From the NCBI RefSeq assembly GCF_021028975.2, contig NC_059429.1, forward strand, positions 20,398,001 through 20,462,000: a stretch of 64,000 nt of DNA. Reading direction: 5' to 3'. The stretch comes from Sphaerodactylus townsendi (Eukaryota). The translations under genes and the position numbers were made by a program. Under the pieces are notes generated by a model. It worked only from the letters and a program-made list of their open reading frames with translations. It ran no database searches and was not told the DNA's origin. Shown here one piece after another: positions 60,896-64,000 of the stretch; position 1 is the first letter of the stretch, and each line of letters starts with the position of its first letter.

Positions 60896-61785
60896 ATACT
60901 ACTTGTCGGCAAGGACATGGGGGGCAGCTGTTTCCATCCTCCCCCACAAGACCTTAAAGTGGGGAAGAGTAGACAAAGCCCCACAGAAAGAAGCCCCTCC
61001 TACCAAGGCTGGATCTATGGGGCCAACGGGATGCTTGCCCCTTGCAGCATGCTGGGGAGAACAGGCAATAGCAGTAGCAGATTATATAAAGAAAAAAATA
61101 TACTATATAAAGGACATCAATTGGTACTTTTGTGCCCCCCTTCAACAAAAATGTAGATGCAGTCCTACCTAGAACAGCAGGCATATTCAGACGGATTTGG
61201 TGGTTTTTAACCACCTGCTGTTACCTTTGCTTTCCCCTACCCTTTTTAAAACCGAAGTTTCTAAATATACACTGACCCTCCAGTAAGAGCTAGCGGGGTG
61301 AGGAAGCTAGACAATGAATCATCCAGTTACCACAACCATAAGCTGCATCATTAAAAATAAAATAAAAAAATCCATTTACATGCTTGGCAGCAGGTTGGCT
61401 GCCTTCTGCCACTCTACTCAGCACCGTTTGAAGCCTGCCTTCGACTCCAGCAGTGCTCTCGCCCACGGAGCGGTAGGAGAATAGCATTGTTTTGCAAAAA
61501 AGAATTAAGGTTTTGCAGATGTGTAATTAGTAAAAATATTGTAGCTTCAGAGGAAAGACAGCTGCAAGGCTAGTATGGGAAGGTTCCCGAGTGGGAGAAG
61601 GAAACTGCTGGAGAGGACAGTAAGGGTTACAGAGAAGGGGTACAAACCAAGAGAAGGGAAGAGAGAGTTCTGTCCCAGTTATGCTCAGAATTCCTCCCAA
61701 TCTCTCTTCCCCTCCTTCCCCTGCTCCCCTTAGATCCCATCTTTGCACAGCCAGAGCTGGCCTCTCTCTAATCTTTTCAGATCCA

Positions 61786-62588
61786 GGATGATGATGATGA
61801 TGATGAAGAAGAAGAAGAAGAAGAAGAAGAAGAGGAGGAGGAGGAGGAGGAGCTTGGATTTCTATCCCCCCTTTCCTGTAGGAGACTCAAAGGGGCTTAC
61901 AATCTCCTTGCCCTTCCCCCCCTCACAACAAACACCCTGTGAGGTAGGTGGGGCTGAGAGAGCACCGAGAAGCTGTGACTAGCCCAGGGGTAGGGAACCT
62001 GCGGCTCTCCAGATGTTCAGGAACTACAATTCCCATCAGCCTCTGTCAGCATGGCCAATTGGCCATGCTGGTAGGGGCTGATGGGAATTGTAGTTCCTGA
62101 ACATCTGGAGAGCCGCAGGTTCCCTACCCCTGGACTAGCCCAAGGTCAGCCAGCTGGCGTGTGTGGGAGTGCACAGGCTAACCTGAATTCCCCAGATAAG
62201 CTTCCACAGCTCAGGTGACAGAGCTGGGAATCAAACCCGGTTCCTCCAGATTAGATACACGAGCTCTTAACCTCCTACGCCTCCTAAGAAGAAGAGGAGG
62301 AGGAGGAGTTTGGATTTATATCCCACCTTTCTCTCCTATAAGGAGACTCAAAATGGCTTATAAGCTCCTTTCCCTTCCTCTCCCCACAACAGACCCCTGG
62401 TGTAGGTGGGGTTGAGAGAGTTCCGAACTGTGACTAGCCCAAGGTCACCCAGCAGGAATGCAGGAGTGTGGAAACACATCTGGTTCACCAGATAAGCCTC
62501 CATCACTCAGGTGGAGCAGTGGGGGATCAAACCCGGTTCGCCAGATTAGAATCCACCTGCTCTTAACTACTACACCACGCTGGCTCCT
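61786..62588 (-). mobile_element. Two head-to-tail tRNA-derived SINEs with (GAT)(GAA)(GAG) tails
   Basis: Copies at ~61786-62285 (MITE-interrupted) and ~62286-62588. Confidence 0.85.
61985..62132. mobile_element. Palindromic hAT MITE nested in a SINE
   Basis: Near-perfect 148-bp palindrome. Perfect TSD GACTAGCC. Confidence 0.95.
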
Positions 62589-63084
62589 AAGTCCTCTGCA
62601 AGCTGGGACCTACTTTTCATTTCTGCATCTTCCTGTTTTGGTTTCCAGAAGTAAGGCAGAAACAATAAAAACTCCAGCATTGTTTATAGCTGCTCAGGAA
62701 GGCAAGGTTTTGGTAGAGGTTCCTCCTTGCACAAAGGTGAGAAAGGCTGCACCTTGAAAAAAAAACCCCTGCAACTATTTCAGAGTGCAAAAGCCCAGAT
62801 CATCTTCATCTCTGGTCAGTCTCTTTTAAAGTCCGCACAAGGAAAGAAAATGGTGACCACTGCCCTGCCGCAGACTACAACCCATTTTAAACTTGCTGGC
62901 CTCAATCCTATGCAGAGTTATTCCTGTCTAAGCCTCGCTGAAATAAATGGGTTTATACTGGAGTAACTCTTTTTAAGTCTGCATGGCAACTGTGTCTCAT
63001 GTGCCTGGAGAACACTTTGAAGACATGATCTCAGTTGTTCTCACAATGCCCCAGATACTTTATGGCTCGCTGAAGGCCCCTAAT

Positions 63085-63300
63085 GCCCTGACCAGGGTGG
63101 CGAAGCCTAGCAGATCTCAACAGCTCTTGGAAGTTCATCGGTGTCAGTTCGGGTTAGATGATTAGATGGGAGACCACCAAGGAATCCCAGGGTCCTGACG
63201 CAGATGTCGCCAATGGGCAACCACCTCTGAACACCCCTTGCCTTGAAAACCCTCCAGTGACACCATAAGTCAGTTGTGAGTTGACAGCACTTTCCACTGC
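63085..63300 (+). mobile_element. 5S rRNA-derived SINE
   Basis: GATGGGAGACCACCAAGGAATCCCAGG plus the CCTTGAAAACCC tail. Confidence 0.7.
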
Positions 63301-63604
63301 CCAGACACTCAACAAATGTGTGACTGAGGCCTGACTCACATGTCACACAGTCCTTGTGTCTGCTATGTGTGGTGTAGCAGTGGTTAAGGGCAGGTAGACT
63401 CTAATCCAGAGGACCAGGTATGATTCTCCCGCTCCTCCACATGAGCAGCAGACTCTAATCTGGTGAACTGGGTTTGCCTCCCCACTCCTACATTCCTCCT
63501 CGGGCTGTCACAGTCCGTGCAGACCTCTCTCGGTCCCCAATCCCTCGCAAGGAACCCGCCTAGCTTTTCCTTGCCAGATTCCAGCAACGGTACAAAGTAT
63601 TATA

Positions 63605-63608
<4 letters not shown>

Positions 63609-63646
<38 letters not shown>
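63609..63646. repeat. (GA)n microsatellite
   Basis: Direct reading. Confidence 0.95.
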
Positions 63647-63651
<5 letters not shown>

Positions 63652-64000
63652 CAGGAGAAAGGGAAATTAAGTGGATGAGGGAAAATTCCTGCATCCCCCT
63701 CCCTTGCATAAAAATAGAGAAAATGCGTCCAACGTTATTTTTAGCTGTCTAAAGACAAGCCTGTGTGCTTTTTTTTTGCTCAAGAGTGAGCTGCTGCTAC
63801 TAATCCATAATCTACAAAGGATAGATTGTGCAATCTGCAGTGTTCCAAAGGGGCAAAAAAAAACCCAAACGGGCAAGGATATATTTCTTTACAAACTGCA
63901 AGGAAAAGGAAATCACCTTGGCTTCATGCTACCAGCAGCGTTCTCAGGTTGTCCGGGGAGGGCACTAGACCCTCGGGACACATGTATGAGGGCCCCATTC

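Overview
Vertebrate genomic DNA. The repeat content (Sauria-type and 5S-derived SINEs, CR1, L2, R4/Dong, Penelope, hAT MITEs) points to a squamate, probably a gecko; that assignment is inference. Two protein-coding genes are supported, both on the minus strand. LMNB2 (lamin B2) is complete: 12 coding exons from 33295 down to 11006, all introns GT-AG, 1806 nt, 601 aa, ending in the CaaX motif CAVM, with a ~5 kb 3' UTR ending near 5925 and a CpG-island promoter at ~33050-33600. LINGO3 has its single coding exon at 54801-56618 (605 aa). The rest is intronic or intergenic and dense in nested transposon relics, many with readable target-site duplications (TSDs). I found no convincing new protein-coding system. 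The best leads are: (1) a transposon-associated duplication of the LMNB2 exon-11 splice acceptor that could give a CaaX-less or NMD isoform; (2) an LMNB2 3'-terminal block resembling the human lamin B2 replication-origin core; (3) palindromic hAT MITEs carrying the same ZNF143/THAP11-type motif as the LMNB2 promoter; (4) an overlapping out-of-frame uORF on LMNB2; (5) an orphan CpG island with E2F/CHR motifs beside a 5'-only LINE; (6) a 45-bp double-hairpin minisatellite; (7) decayed hammerhead ribozymes; (8) a 1.4-kb solo LTR. Coordinates were read by eye, and repeat boundaries without a TSD are approximate.
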